Positions 1 to 13,215 of a stretch of 64,000 nucleotides of DNA are shown one piece after another. The stretch is taken from NCBI RefSeq assembly GCF_009914755.1, contig NC_060932.1; one strand, given 5' to 3'. Positions within the stretch are counted from its first letter, which is position 1; each line of letters begins with the position of its first letter. Made by a program: the position numbers and the translations under genes. Source of the stretch: the human T2T-CHM13v2.0 reference genome, Homo sapiens. The notes beneath the pieces were generated by a model, which saw only the letters and a list, made by a program, of their open reading frames with translations, did not search any database and had not been told where the DNA came from.

Positions 1-490
1 CCCCTTCTATTATTGTATTGCTGCTTATTTCTCCCTTTAGTTCTGTTAATATTTGCTTTATATATGCAAATGCACCAATGTTGGTTGCACATATAGGCCT
101 ATTTTTATGACAGAATCACATTGCTTTGAATATTGTAGCTTTGTAGTAAGTCCTGAAACAGCTTGGTATCAGGGTAATACTAGCCTCATAGAATTAGTTA
201 GGAAGTGTTCATTCCTCTTCTTTTGTTTTGACTTATATATGAAGAATTGGCATAAATATAGTAGACTTTACCATCTAAGCCTTTCAGACCCAGGATTTTA
301 TTGGTAGAAAGCTTTCTAATTTCTAAGCCAGTATCGTTACTTTCATAGACCTATTTAGATGTTCTTTTTTTTTTTTTTTTGCTAAATAAGATTTATTAGT
401 TTTGTTTTTTAAGAATTTGTCTATTTTATCTGAATTATCTAATTAGAGAGCATCCAGTTTTTCATACTATTACTCTGTCTTTTCTCTTGA
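1..490 (-). mobile_element. Old L1M ORF2 fragments (mosaic)
   Basis: Antisense L1 ORF2-like tracts: TTGTAGCTTTGTAGTAAGT, TTGGTATCAGGGTAATACTAGCCTCATAGAATTAGTTAGGAAGTG, TTTGTCTATTTTATCTGAATTATCTAA. Confidence 0.65.
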
Positions 491-627
491 TCCTTGATTT
501 TATCTTTTACTATACTTCAGCATGTCTTATATGAAGGGTTATACATTAGGAAGAAATCAAATTTGTAAAAGTATAAATAATTATTAATGCAAATTAGTAA
601 AAGTAAATTTGTAAAAGTGTTTATAAA

Positions 628-681
628 CATATATATGAATAGATAAATATATGACTATACACATACATATATGTATATATG
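628..681. repeat. (TA/CA)n low-complexity tract
   Basis: Degenerate ATATAT/ACATAC/ATGTAT run. Confidence 0.6.
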
Positions 682-977
682 TAACTTTTTGCAACATATA
701 TTTAGTTTATTCAGTTCAAAATACAATAGAATATTAGTAAATATATTTGTGCTTTTAGTATTTTATTTAAGTTCTGTTATTTTATTTTTTATGACTTTAA
801 TGTTGTATAATAAAAGTATCAAATATAGTCATATTAAACAAACAAAAACCCAGGAAACTATGGTATAAGTTGGGGTTAATCAAAACGCCATAGTCACTGG
901 TGAATATTAGCTATTTTTCTCCCTAAACTAAAATATCATGAAGAACCATCTATTACTATTTTGAGTCCATATTTTTG

Positions 978-1112
978 GTAATAATAGAAATTTTGATGCT
1001 TTCTATGTGCTAGGAACTATGCATTTATCTTATTCATCCCTCACAGAAATTATATAAGGAATGCTTTCAACATCACCATTTAGTAGAAGACTTGAACTTG
1101 TAGATAATATTA
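978..1112 (-). mobile_element. MIR fragment
   Basis: TGCTTTCTATGTGCTAGG...CATTTATCTTATTCATCCCTCACA...CCATTTAGTAGA resembles the reverse-complement MIR core. Confidence 0.45.
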
Positions 1113-1592
1113 AGAAAAACAAAACACCTATCTAGATGGTGAGGTTCAGAGTTGTGAGTTTCTGCTTTCTCTAGGAGTCATAGAAAAGCTCTCTGGCCCA
1201 GACAGAATCCATTAGCATTGAGAAGTTAGTGGTTCAAGAAATATATATGTGATGTGATCCATAGTAAATTACATTAAAATTGTTAAAGTGACCAGAAATG
1301 TGTTCATATATTCACCACATCTTTTGCTAATTCCCCACTCTTTTTCTTGGTCTGCTCTCTCAGGCAGCATTGCCACCAAATTATGGTAGTGGACATTCTA
1401 AGTAAAATGCTTAACTATTATTTTAATTTATTTAAAATAAAGTAAGCATCTTGGTTTTTCTGAAATAACAGCATAAGGAGGAAGGTTTAGTCATTAAACT
1501 TATCACTGGTTTGCTTTGCTACTTTTGTCTTCTTTGTGGCATAATATAGGCTCTCATTCTGTGCTGAGTACTAGGATGATGTCCATGGCACC

Positions 1593-1630
1593 AAAAAAAA
1601 AAAAAAAAAAAAAGAAAAGAAAGAAAGAAA
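1593..1630. repeat. poly(A)/(GAAA)n
   Basis: About 20 A followed by GAAA units. Confidence 0.9.
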
Positions 1631-2902
1631 TAAGAGCTTTTCTTTCTTTTATTTGTAATTTTTTTTTCCGTCCCAAATAAGAAAATCATTAGAGGAGCAT
1701 AGTAGGGAGGTGTCTCCACTTCCTATTAAGAATCACATATTCTATAAGCAGACGATATTGAAGAAACAAGCTCTGTATTTTTAGAATATTATTTTATTTG
1801 GGGCCCATAAAAGTTTAGTTGTTGATAAGGTTCTAAATATTCTAGGATGATTCACACAATTATTATAAGATTGTAGTTTTTCTACTTTGTGACCTATTTA
1901 CTAATTGTAAAGGGTTGACATTTCAAAATTTTATAGATTCATTTCAATTCTTTTTTGCATCTGAACTAAGCAGCTTCTTCAATAAATCATAAATAATGGG
2001 AAGTAAGGTGCTTAAAAATACCAATAATGAGATAATTATGTATAAAATGGAAAGTGTAATGGGAATTTTGTCTAAATAAAAAATATAAATCCCATTACTT
2101 GTTGCATTTAAGAATATGAAAAGATACATTATGAAGAAAAATATAATTTAAGTGTGCATCTAAGCAGCATTATTTCTTCATATGTAGTCAAGTAGGAAAA
2201 TTAAGAAAAAGCTGATTAGATCCTTAAGAATTAATCAGTAATTTCTGAGAATGAGAAAGAAGAATCAGTGAACAGTAGCACAACTGAATGATTATGTACA
2301 AGATTCTTTATAAGCTAAAGGGTAGCTATTTCTTTAAATAAGACTTACAAAGTGGGAGAGCAGAATAAAAAAGTGTATGGAAACAGAAAATAAACAGATT
2401 CTGACAAGAGAATTATTCAAAACGGACAAATTACAAAAGTAGCAAACATGCACTCAGGCTGTGGATTTGCCTTTGGAATTTCACTTAATACAGTATTGCC
2501 AGTCAGTCATTCTTGCAAAAACAAAACAAAACAAAAAAATAAAATATGTCAGACATTAAAAAGACAGAATGAGTTTCCAAGTCAGCAGTGTTAGTCTAAA
2601 CTCTTAAAGGGAAGGGGGAGGGGGAACCTATGTTTCAGTGATGCAAATAGCATATAAATCAGTCTAAGAAATTTCATCTGAGAAATGAAACTTCTTCCAA
2701 AATTGTCAAAATGCCAGGAAGATTTCATTAAGATAAGAGTTCTGAGCAACATGATACAATTTTTTGTAGTGTTACAATGCAATAGATTATCTTTTCCAAG
2801 TAGATGGACAGTGACCTTAGAAATTAAGTTTAACAATGGTGAATGTCTCTGAAAAGTTCAAAAGTGTAGGGCTTAGCAAAAACCTATAATTCTTTAAGGA
2901 GT

Positions 2903-2971
2903 TTCTTTTCTCTTCTCTTCTCGTCTCATTTCATTCGCTTCTCCTATTTCTTTTCTCTTCTCTCTCTCTCT
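2903..2971. repeat. Polypyrimidine (TTCTC/TC)n tract
   Basis: Direct reading. Confidence 0.8.
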
Positions 2972-4035
2972 GTTAGTTTATGTGTTGCACTAAGAAGTAC
3001 TGAAAGTTTAATTTTATATTTATTCCAATATAAAAGATACTAAGTCATCATATTATTTGTTTCTGATGCCGTGTAAGGATTTCTAGGGTGAAATTTCTTA
3101 CTAAGTTGCACTTTCTTAATTTTAGTTTTAAGTTGAGTTTATTCCTAGCCTTTTTGCTTATCTTTAATTGGAAAGAAAATTTAGCTCATACAGAGTTGGT
3201 AGATGTACAGTTTTACTGATTCCTTCTCCACTAGCCCACAAGAAAACTGGGTATGTGGTTAAGCTTAAAGGTCAAGGAAGAGCAATCATTATGTTGTATA
3301 AAGTTATAATAAAATGGTTAATTCAATAGACAAGATCACCTCACTCAATGCATTGAGTTTGTTTTGATCTTGAAAAAAAAATTTCACCTCATACCATTAA
3401 AAATTGTACATATCATTACATGATTGTACAAATAAATTTGCAAGAACTTACATAGTTAACCAAACGATAAAGACAGCTTGACAAATTTAAGACAGGGAAA
3501 AATGTCACTTTTGCAGTGAGGGAAAAAAAAATCATTTAAGCAATCCTATTTACATGGTAGTTCAGTTTTAATGACAGCATATGAGCTTTGGCTGAATGCC
3601 CAGATGCTGTAATTTTTTGCCTTGCTAGTGTAGCGAGTGCTGAAATCCTAAAGTAGCCATAGAAGCAAGTGATGGAACAGGAATGAGTCAAGAGTCTGGA
3701 ACAACTGACTTTTTACCTTTTGCTACATTTGACTTTACAGGTTTTGAATTCAGGATAATATGTTTTTATTAAATATTCTCCTTGTGGAAATGGCTGTCAC
3801 ACTAAAAGCTGTAAGAAATTAAGAAAGGAAAGACATGCTTTTGCCCTCCAAAACCTGTCAGGGTATTGAAAGCATATCTATATCTAAACAGGGAAAGTGA
3901 AATTGAAAGTTAAGAAAATGTATCTACGTGACCTAGAGAGAAAATTTCCTCTTCTATTAAAGAAATGAGAAAATGTTTCAGGGTGGATGATTCAGGCTAA
4001 ATGTCTATATTGTTCAGACACCTGCTGTAACTCAC

Positions 4036-4131
4036 CACACCTGGTAAATGCAGTGTTTCATCCTTATTGTACTTAAAATACCTATCATTAATATAAAAAT
4101 GAAAATAATGTCCAGCGTTTCTAGTCACAGC
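4036..4131 (-). other. Candidate 96-nt internal exon (unverified)
   Basis: Minus strand: tctgttttcag|GCTGTG...CCAGGTGTG|gtgagt; open in frame 0 (AVTRNAGHYFHFYINDRYFKYNKDETLHLPGV); no homology recognised. Confidence 0.22.
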
Positions 4132-4592
4132 CTGAAAACAGACCGAGTCATTTTTCAGTAGTAGAGAAAAGGTTTTTGGAGGTGCTTTTGCAAATGATTT
4201 TGGTGCTGGCTCTCTATCAGGCCAAGTAGCATTATGAATCATGGGCTTTAGAAAGTGAAACTTCTCATCTCTCTGATACATGATGAAGAGATGGCATGAT
4301 TATTAAATGGAAGATTGTGCTGTGAAATGGCACACAGCTCTGGCAAAATCAAAATAGCTGCTCTTAATGCAGGAACTGTGCTATCTTTAGATATTCTTAG
4401 ATATCAAAACTTTACACTTTTGCCACAGTTTCCCTATTGAATTATGAGTCTACTATTCACACAAGAAGTTTCCTTTTTATATATAACTGGCAAATTAACA
4501 CTTAAAAATCCTGATTTATTATCTATAAGTCATTTGATGAGTCGTGAAATTAATGTATTATAATTATTTAGCTCATTTTTCTCTCCCATTAC

Positions 4593-4670
4593 ACCATGGA
4601 CAGGAAGTCTCATATTGTATTCATTGTGTTTCTAGTGCCTGGTAATGCTTTAGAAATATGTCTGAATGAA
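4593..4670 (+). mobile_element. L2 3' end fragment
   Basis: CCATGGACAGGAAGTCT...TTCATTGTGTTTCTAGTGCCTGG...AAATATGTCTGAATGAA. Confidence 0.5.
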
Positions 4671-4710
4671 GAATTATTATTTTGTTTGTTTTTATTTATA
4701 CGACAAAATC

Positions 4711-4803
4711 AAAGAAAGGAAGGAAGGGGAAGAGGGAAGGAGGGAGGGAGAAAAAAGGGAAGGAGGAAAAGAGAGAGAAAGAGACAGAGAGAAAGAAAAA
4801 AAG
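4711..4803. repeat. Polypurine (GGAA/GGGA/GA)n tract
   Basis: About 90 bp of almost pure A/G; source of the K/R/E/G-rich ORFs at 4596 and 4666. Confidence 0.9.
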
Positions 4804-5822
4804 TTTCACTACCGAAGACACTCATTTATTGTTTGTTTCAGCAAAGCTTACTTGAATGGACAGGAATACTAACACAATACTTTTGACTGTACAGATAAAT
4901 CTTAGGAGAAAACGTTAGCTTCTCTTTTATGGAGATGCTCAGAAGTATACAGTATGATTAGTAGGCAGTAAAGAGAAATAAGTATCACAGTTGCTCTAGG
5001 AATGTCACTGGGGTCATCAATCCATTTAAACCTTTCAAGCACGAGTCTGGCAAAGATAGGTCTAGCTGGATATGCTTTTGATCCATCTTGAGTGGTAACA
5101 GAGGTTACCACTCAAAGGATAATCAGGAATGATTACAGGGGACTGCTGATGCAGTCTAAAAGAAGTTATCTCTACTGCTGCAAGCCTTCTGAGTCAGTGT
5201 ACCATCAGCAAGAACAAACCCTTGTATGCCAGTAAATGAGAGTAATTTGGCTTTTATTCTCTGCCATAATATCTCTACAGGAGGAGAATGATTTTAAATT
5301 AATTGTGTATGTTAAATGTCATTTAGAGTGAATTTGTTTGTGTGTGTACCCTAAAAGGATTTCAAAGAGGGGAATTGTTAATAAGTATAAATAATGAGTA
5401 AATAAAAAGAATGGCCTAATTTCCACCCTTTAGCTGAGAATTTATATATCTGCTCTTGACCAGCCACTGGCAATGAAATAATTAGCTACTTAATGGAGTA
5501 CTGTGGGATCATGGATAAATTATAGATACCCAATTAAAACATATATGATCAGGTCTTAAATTCATTGACATTATAGCAACATATACTAAAATCGTGGTTA
5601 AAATAATACCTTAGGAAATATTATTAATTTAAGGAATGCCACAAATGTTCAATATTCAGAATTATTATAATTGCACTATAACAGGTAAAACTAGATCAAA
5701 AGTACACTTTTTATTTTAGTGTCATTAAATTAAAACATCAGTTTGAACAATGCTCTGAGAATTTTTGCCTCGAAACATACCTCAGTTGAGGAGAAAATAA
5801 AGTTGAGTTGGCTTGATTTTTA

Positions 5823-6372
5823 TAGAACTAGAAATACCATTTGACCCAGCCATCCCGTTACTGGGTATATACCCAAGGACTATAAATCATGCTGCTATAA
5901 AGACACATGCACACGTATGTTTATTGCGGCACTATTTACAATAGCAAAGACCTGGAAACAACCCAAATGTCCATCAATGATAGATTGGATTAAGAAAATG
6001 TGGCACATATACACCATGGAATACTATGCAGCCATAAAAAAGAATGAGTTCCTGTCCTTTGTATGGACATGGATGAAGCTGGAAACCATCATTCTCAGCA
6101 AACTATCGCAAGGGCAGAAAATCAAGCACTGCATATTCTCATTCATAGGTGGGAATTAAACAATGAGAACACTTGGGCACAGGAAGGGGAACATCACACA
6201 GTGGGGTCTATTGTGGGGTGGGGGGACGGGGGAGGGATAGCATTAGGAGATATACCTAATGTAAATGACGAGTTAACGGGTGCAGCACACCAACCTGGCA
6301 CACGTATACGTATGTAACAAACCTGCACGTTGTGCACATTTACCCTAGAACTTAAAGTATAATAATAAAAAA
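5823..6372 (+). mobile_element. L1PA4/5-like 3' end (ORF2 C-terminus plus 3'UTR), 5'-truncated
   Basis: ORF2 C-terminal peptide MFIAALFTIAKTWKQPKCPSMIDWIKKMWHIYTMEYYAAIKK; CTATCGCAAGG; G-rich tract 6215-6236; ends TACCCTAGAACTTAAAGTATAATAATAAAAAA. Confidence 0.95.
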
Positions 6373-8384
6373 CTTAAAAAGACATATTAATATGCATCAT
6401 TTATTTTTAAATGTAATTATAAATTTTTTAATAGACAATAATAACCAGCCAAAGCTTATGTAGGTCCTTTCTACTTAAACCTAAAGGGAAATTAACTGGA
6501 GCTTATTCTGAGCCAAATTAAATAGAAGCAAAAATTAGTGTGATTGAGACTGCTTCAGATACTCAGAGCCATAAGTTTGAGCATACTGTCCAATGTGTGG
6601 CTGCCCCACTCAGCAGAGCATGTGTACATGTGAAAGAGGTGACATAGGAAGCTTATGAAAGTTACACAGAGTGTTAGGCCATCTAGAACAGAAAAGTACT
6701 GGTCTTAAAGAAGAAATGAATTGCTGGTTTTGTTTTTTCTATCTAAAATGTGAAGTAACTGGGATCAGTTTTGAGGATTTGCATCACTCTTCTCCATACG
6801 TGTATTATAGATCCTGTAACACATAGTTATCATACCTCCACTACTTTCCCCTGATCCAATTGGTTTTAAACATAGCCTATTGTTACTATTCTTAAACAGC
6901 TTAAATCTGTTTAAGAATAGTAGTTATTCTCCAAGTGAGTCATGTTTGGTAATTTACTCTCTCCCATTTGCAAATGGCAATCGATCGATAAAAATGTCAG
7001 AGTAATCCCTGACTCCCATTGCTTAAGCCCAGTGAAATATTTTTCCAGCTGGTTGATCATAGGTAGTTCCCATTCCTATAGCTTTTTTTATTAATAATAA
7101 ACTTCTTGATGACCTTCATTTATTCAAAAATACATAGATCTTCCTTCACTGAGCAATATGAAAATCCCAGCATAACTCTATTATCATTAATTTAACCCCT
7201 TAAGGATGAATATGCCTATTTTATTTTATTTACACGTGTAAACTACATCAAGATTACCTTGGAAACTTTAGGATAAATGAATATAACATGTCTTTTCCTA
7301 CTGCAGTAATTTAAGGCTTCCATTTCTTTTGCCATTTCATTTTCTCTTATGACCCATACTACTCTTAGCCTTTCTCCAGGGCTTAGATGAAGGAATGTTT
7401 CAGACTAATGGTAAAGGACGGAAGAAGGAGCTCCACTTCCCTCCTAGTGAAAATGTCATGTGTTCATGCCTAAGCCTGGGGAATTCAACACTCCCAATAG
7501 CACATCTTCCCATAAGGCCTATAGCGCTAGGCTTATTTTTCTCTTGGATATTTTTCATATTCCAGATCTATCAAAAATATTTAACAGAGCATGTCTCTGA
7601 AATGTTATTAAATGTAACTTCACATTTTTGTATATTAAGTATTCCTATAACAGTCACAGATTGCTTATCTTTTTTGAAAGTGTAAACTTTGAAGAAAGAA
7701 ATGAAATAGGAACAGGTGAGAGAGTCTTTTATGCAATTTTTCCTCATGGTTGCTTACTCTTTCAAAACTTCAGAAAGCTGTGAGTTGTTGAGGGAAGGAG
7801 AGCAGGACAGATACTGTGAATCTGCATTAGCAGGCAAGAAAAGAAGGAACCGTAGTCAGAAGCAGTTGGATATACCACAAGAAAGGATGGAAGCATTAAA
7901 ATGTGTCCTAAAGAAAGGCATGGCAATCAGAATTTATAACACCTAACCTAAATGGGAAGTAAGACTTTTTTGTCAATAAAATAAATGTTAAATAGGAAAT
8001 ATAAAATTACAGTAAATATACATGGAAAAAACAGGAATCAATATTTTATTGTCTAAATGGAGCCCTCCCTACTATAGATGACGCCAAATAGACAGCTGCT
8101 TCAGTTCTTCATGCAAAGTGCTAGGGTTGTATAAGCTTGGTCAGGAGCAGACAGAGATAAGAATGGATTTCAGCGGGAGGTGACATGTTCACTAAAGTTT
8201 AAAAATGAAGTTAGCAATCAAATGTGTAGATTTTAGCTATCAAAATGGCCAGGAGCCAAAAGAGAGAGAAGTCAAGCAGAGGCATGAATAGGCCAGAATC
8301 ACAGACTGCAATTAAGATAATTTAGAATTGTGGAATCGAGCAAATTGTGTTGACCAAGTTCTAATGCCACTGAAAGATGATGAG

Positions 8385-8460
8385 CCCATATTTCATCTAC
8401 TATGATTTTCCTGGACCTAAATATAGTGCTGGGTACTTGGCAAGTGTTCAATGCATGCTC
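8385..8460 (+). mobile_element. L2 3' end fragment
   Basis: CCTAAATATAGTGCTGGGTACTTGGCAAGTGTTCAATGCATG. Confidence 0.4.
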
Positions 8461-8716
8461 CTTAGAGTACAATTCCAGATGAGGAAAATGAATAAAGACT
8501 GATGCAGAAGTAGGAATACATGCAAAGACTGGGAATACATGCAATGACAAGATTGGTTTCTCTGAAACAGAATAGTAGAGACATGATTTAAACCTCACTG
8601 TAAATCCTAATAGGATATGGCATTTGCCATCAGTTTTTCCCAGTAACTGTTTTTCCATCCTTCCTTAAAATTAATCAAACCTTCCTTACTTTTAATTAAG
8701 CACACAATCCCCAGAC

Positions 8717-9219
8717 TGTCCAATGAGAGAATTCTCCATGGTTCTCTCATGCACGTGTTTCTGCACATCATCTTTTGTTCCAGGATAGCATTTCAGAGAT
8801 ATTTGTGTAGCAAATAGCCTTGGGAACTATAGATAGGCTGTCCCTCCAGGTTAGAGGACAGATACATTTCCTAAGCATATAATACAAATAGTAACTTAGT
8901 GTGGGCTAACATTTTGACAGGTTTGTTAGGAATTTCCTTATAAGGTTGGGAATTTTCTCACCTTAGATTTCCTCAACCATGACACAGACCCACTGTGTAT
9001 ATGGCATCCATGTGGGCCCACATATGTGTGTGCCCAAAGGGAGTTGGGGAACAAGGAAAACTGATATACATATAAAATTCATAATGCCTGCTCTATTGTG
9101 AATAATAAAGTCCTCTGGCTTTTTTCTGGAGTCTCATGTCTCCTGTCAGCACCTATTAAACTATGGCAGACTAAGTGGTAGGCTTGTAACTAGGATCAAA
9201 CATTTTCTCAGTTTTGGTA
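8717..9219 (+). mobile_element. LTR40-family (ERVL) solo LTR
   Basis: Starts TG; AATTCTCCATGGTTCTCTC...TTTCTGCACATC; AATAAAGTCCT at 9104; GAGTCTCATGTCTCCTGTCAGCA match the recalled LTR40 consensus. Confidence 0.75.
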
Positions 9220-9619
9220 TAATCAAAACTATATTTATCAGCCTACCTTCAATTAGGTAAAAGACACAGCTAACTTCTAACTTCTGACTAATAAGGTTTT
9301 ATTGAAAGTGTTTTATGATTTTCATGACACATTCTTATCATTAGAGACCATGACATTCGTATATTCTTCTTGCTGGATGAAATATAGATGGAGGTGTTGG
9401 GGCTTTATCATCCACCTTGGAATATAATGTGACTTTAGAAATAGAATCCATGCAGGACTGAGCAGTAAGATAAGTTTCATGATCTCTGAAACTGTGTAAG
9501 ACTTTATACAATACATTTACATAATATTCTCTTTAAATTAAGCACCACAAGGTACCAGTCACTCGCAAAAAAACACCACTTATTCACTCAGCCACACCTC
9601 TCAAAAAACTGTAATGCAA

Positions 9620-9790
9620 TACTTATTTTATAGATGACATAAACTAATGGTTATCAAACTTAAGAAACTTTGCCACCTGGCAAACTGCATAGAGCTAGAA
9701 AGTGGCATAAAACTAGCAAATGGCACTGAATTAGAATAGAGAAAGGCTAAAGTGAACTCAGTCTTGTTGATGCTACCAAGCACTCTATTA
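9620..9790 (-). mobile_element. MIR fragment
   Basis: ATTTTATAGATGACATAAACT...TTAAGAAACTTTGCC...AGCTAGAAAGTGGCA. Confidence 0.45.
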
Positions 9791-9797
9791 CCCTTTT

Positions 9798-9900
9798 AGC
9801 TCTACAGGGGCAAGGGCCGTGCCCGCTCATTTCACTACCATATACCCAGCATCTAGCTAAATGCCTGATACAATCTGGTTAATCATAATTTATTGGCTCA
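9798..9900 (+). mobile_element. L2 3' end fragment
   Basis: GCTCTACAGGGGCAAGGGCCGTG...TATACCCAGCATCTAGCTAAATGCCTGATACA. Confidence 0.55.
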
Positions 9901-9909
9901 ATTAGAGAT

Positions 9910-10020
9910 GTGAAGTCATTTAGTCACTCTGGCCCTCAGCCCCCTCATACATAAAACAAGAGTAATAAAAATTTTGCAAAAGTTGTTATTGGGATTAGAA
10001 ATAATACGTGAATAAATGTA
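9910..10020 (+). mobile_element. MIR fragment
   Basis: AAGTCATTTAGTCACTCTGGCCCTCAGCCCCCTCATACATAAAAC...GTTGTTATTGGGATTAGAAATAAT. Confidence 0.55.
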
Positions 10021-10543
10021 TCATATATTCAATTTATAATTAAAGGTTTTTGAAATTAGTGAACATATAAGAAAAGTGGCAGTTGATTCATTCTGCTCTT
10101 TTGTTCTTTATTGACCAATTTTCCTTCCAGGGTTTAATTATGACAAACATATTAAACACAGAAAGACCCTACTTTACTTGACATCTAAATGTGAATGAAT
10201 TTATTAATGTCACATGTTGCAACATTAAAGGGACAACTTGACACAGTAAGTAATTATAGCATCTATTGGACTTTAGTGTTGTTTTATTTTTCACAGTTTT
10301 ATTTTTCGCACTTTAAGTATTACTGAGGTCAAAAATTGTCTTCTCTGCAAAAACAAACAAAAAACCAAATGCCAAATTAGTTAGCCTTTACACAATAATG
10401 AAGCCTAGAGATGAATATATTCCCAAACAGCTGCAACACATAATTAAAATCCACATGTTGGTTGACAGCCTGCGTCTTCCTAACCTCCAGCATTTCTCAC
10501 AAGTCTGTTTTTACAAGCAAACAGAAAGAATGAGCTATTTCTA

Positions 10544-10581
10544 AAAACAAACAAACACACACACACACACAAACACACACA
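10544..10581. repeat. (AAAC)n(CA)n microsatellite
   Basis: Direct reading. Confidence 0.85.
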
Positions 10582-12871
10582 ACTCTATACCCAATATTTA
10601 AAAACATTGAGCAATTACAGCCTGAGACACTGAAAACTCGATAGCTAAGTTATCAAATCTAATATAAAGAGAGGGTCATTCCAAGATGAATGGACACAGG
10701 TCAACAGACTGTAGAAGATAACAAGGATGAGAGAAGCAGCACAATTAAAGACAAGGAGGCAAATGGAAGAAGATAAGTATTTCCTTTGTTCTTCCTGGAT
10801 AAAAGCTCAACTAGGTGCCTATTGAAATGAAATTGGTTGAATACCAAATAAACTCAATTTTTAATTTGCTGAAGATCAAACAAGAAGTAAGAATTCAATC
10901 TCCAGAATTATTTGTATAGCTAAGACATTATGACTGCTGTAATGTAGCTTATTCAATAATGTGGGCTCATTACTTATCAAAGAGAAAAAAAGAATAATAA
11001 TTTTGTCCTTAAGATTTCTATAAAATCCCAACAATAAGTAAATGAAGCTGATTGTCCCAAATGATAATTATCATTAACAGTCTACTAAATATATGGGAAT
11101 ATTATATTTTAAGATGGCATCTCCTATAGATGGTAACTGCACAGGCCCTTCTAAGCTGAGAATGCCTTTTCTTGAAAAACATATGAAGAAATCTAGTAAT
11201 TTCTAATAGGAAGAGATTAGAAAAGGATATATATAACTTATATATGCAAACAAATATTTTAGATTATTATTTGGTGTTTCTTTTTAGACTAATCTCTGTC
11301 TTATTTAGACCGTAAGTCTATAGAATATATTTCTATAAAATTAATACTTTAAAAATAAGAGAGAGACTTAGTAGATCATTAGTATAATATTTTAGATCCA
11401 ATTTTTCCTCACATAGCAAGTATAAAATATTATTGCTGCCCCCATTTCTTACTACAGATTTTACAACTATTTTGGGATACGGTCTTATTTCAGTCAGATT
11501 TAAACTCATTACTAAATTCACTTGGTGGAAGAGAAATTATCTGTCATCTTATTTTGACAGGATGTTCTCCTGGGCTGTATATTTTAGTTCAAATATAGAT
11601 TCTGCCTCCTTCTGTCGTTTTGAGTCTTGTCTAGTTGGAAAGGGTAACCAGGTAGAGAATATGGTATTTATTTAATGCTTACATCTATTGATGATCTAAA
11701 ATAGTCGTTGATATTTTCTTTTATTTCAACACTTTAAATGTTCAATTTTTTCACTATTTGTTACAGCTTAAATCTTAGATGCATACTAATCATTGTTTAA
11801 GAAGTAGAATCCACACATTTCATATAACTATGAGAGCTTGGCATGAAAGCTGGGACAGCTATGTTTTGGAAGACATACACTATTACTAGTTCTGATATAT
11901 TTGTATGATTTACTATTTTTGAATGCATCTTATGAAAGAACAGTCATCCCATGGCTAGAAGATGAAGTCATTTCAAGCTACACAATAAGAAAAAAAAGTA
12001 ATTTTTCCCTTAAAACCAATTCTGCAAGTGTTCAACAGAATTACTGGCTACAAAATTAAATGTATTTCCCATTTTGTGTTATTAGTACTAGTTTTTTTTT
12101 TTAAATTTCAGCAGTGTTAAGGTTTTCTATCTATTTCAGTGGCATTTTGTCAATCTTCTTTTATAACATTATTCTCAACTTATGTTAAAATATTAAAAAT
12201 AATTATTACAAAATGTAGGTCCTTTACTAAACTTCTGACCTGTTTCATATTGCCACCAGTGTCTTGTTTTAATGATTCTTGAGTACTACTCTTTCTCAGA
12301 TAGAAAATTCTTATTTCTAATATTTTCCGACAATATTATAAAACAAATTGATCTTAAATTCATCTTAAAATATAATTCAGATCATCATGACAAATTAATT
12401 TTTCAAACATATAGCAAGTAAGCCAACTATATCAAATAGAAAAAAATTCTAAATTTCAAAATTTGTAGATATGTAACTATAAATACAATAACTGTGAAGT
12501 GACAGCATCAAAACTCAGTAATTGATTTCTAAAAAAAAATTTGCAAGAATATTGCAAGAATTAAGCCCTAACCACATTAGGGCAAAATATTGCCAACATT
12601 TGTTAATGTATTTAAAAATATGCACATATCTGTAAAACTACATTTTCAATGCCAATGTTATTTCTTGGTAGGTAATAGGAAAGGACTCTCAGAAAGTAGG
12701 CAGACAAGATTGTGGTGGGATAAGAAAATGGCATTGGCTCAAAAGTTATAGAGGACAAAAAAGTAAATTTTAAAAAATAGCAGCAAGGAGAACTATAATA
12801 AAACCTTATTGCTCCTTCTTGGTCAGTTTTGAGTAAGTTGGAAGTTAATGATCTGAAGATTTGCCTTTGAC

Positions 12872-12998
12872 TAGAGTGACCAAATAAATATTGTCCAAAC
12901 TGCAACAGTTTTGAGAGAGAAAAGAGTCTCTGTTAATCACAACAGGACAATAAGTGCAGGCACAGACTGTCCCAATCAAATCAGGAGTATGGTGAGCA
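12872..12998 (+). mobile_element. MER94-like hAT-Blackjack MITE
   Basis: TAGAGTGACC...TTGTCCAAAC...TTTTGAGAGAGAAAAG...GACTGTCCC...GTATGGTGAGC; about 127 bp with degenerate TIRs. Confidence 0.7.
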
Positions 12999-13120
12999 GA
13001 CTACCAAAGATAAACGAACAAGTTCTGGAGATACTGTTAAAAAATAGAACTATTAAGGTGGGCTAGACACTGTATGAGGCCAACTCAAGTATATCCTGAG
13101 ATTTATGAACTCCAATCTGA

Positions 13121-13215
13121 ATATATACATATATGTATATATAAGAAAAAAATAATTGATCATATATATACATATATATAAAAACATTATATATATACAT
13201 ATATATGTATATATA
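13121..13215. repeat. (TA)n-rich microsatellite
   Basis: Interrupted ATATAT/ACATAT runs. Confidence 0.85.

Noticed and set aside
6215-6236. G-quadruplex motif
   Set aside because: Standard G-rich tract of the L1PA 3'UTR; already well known
7681-7715. Plus-strand 35-nt exon-like segment (gaaag|...CAG|gtgaga)
   Set aside because: Isolated, with a weak acceptor and no partner exons; within pseudo-exon background
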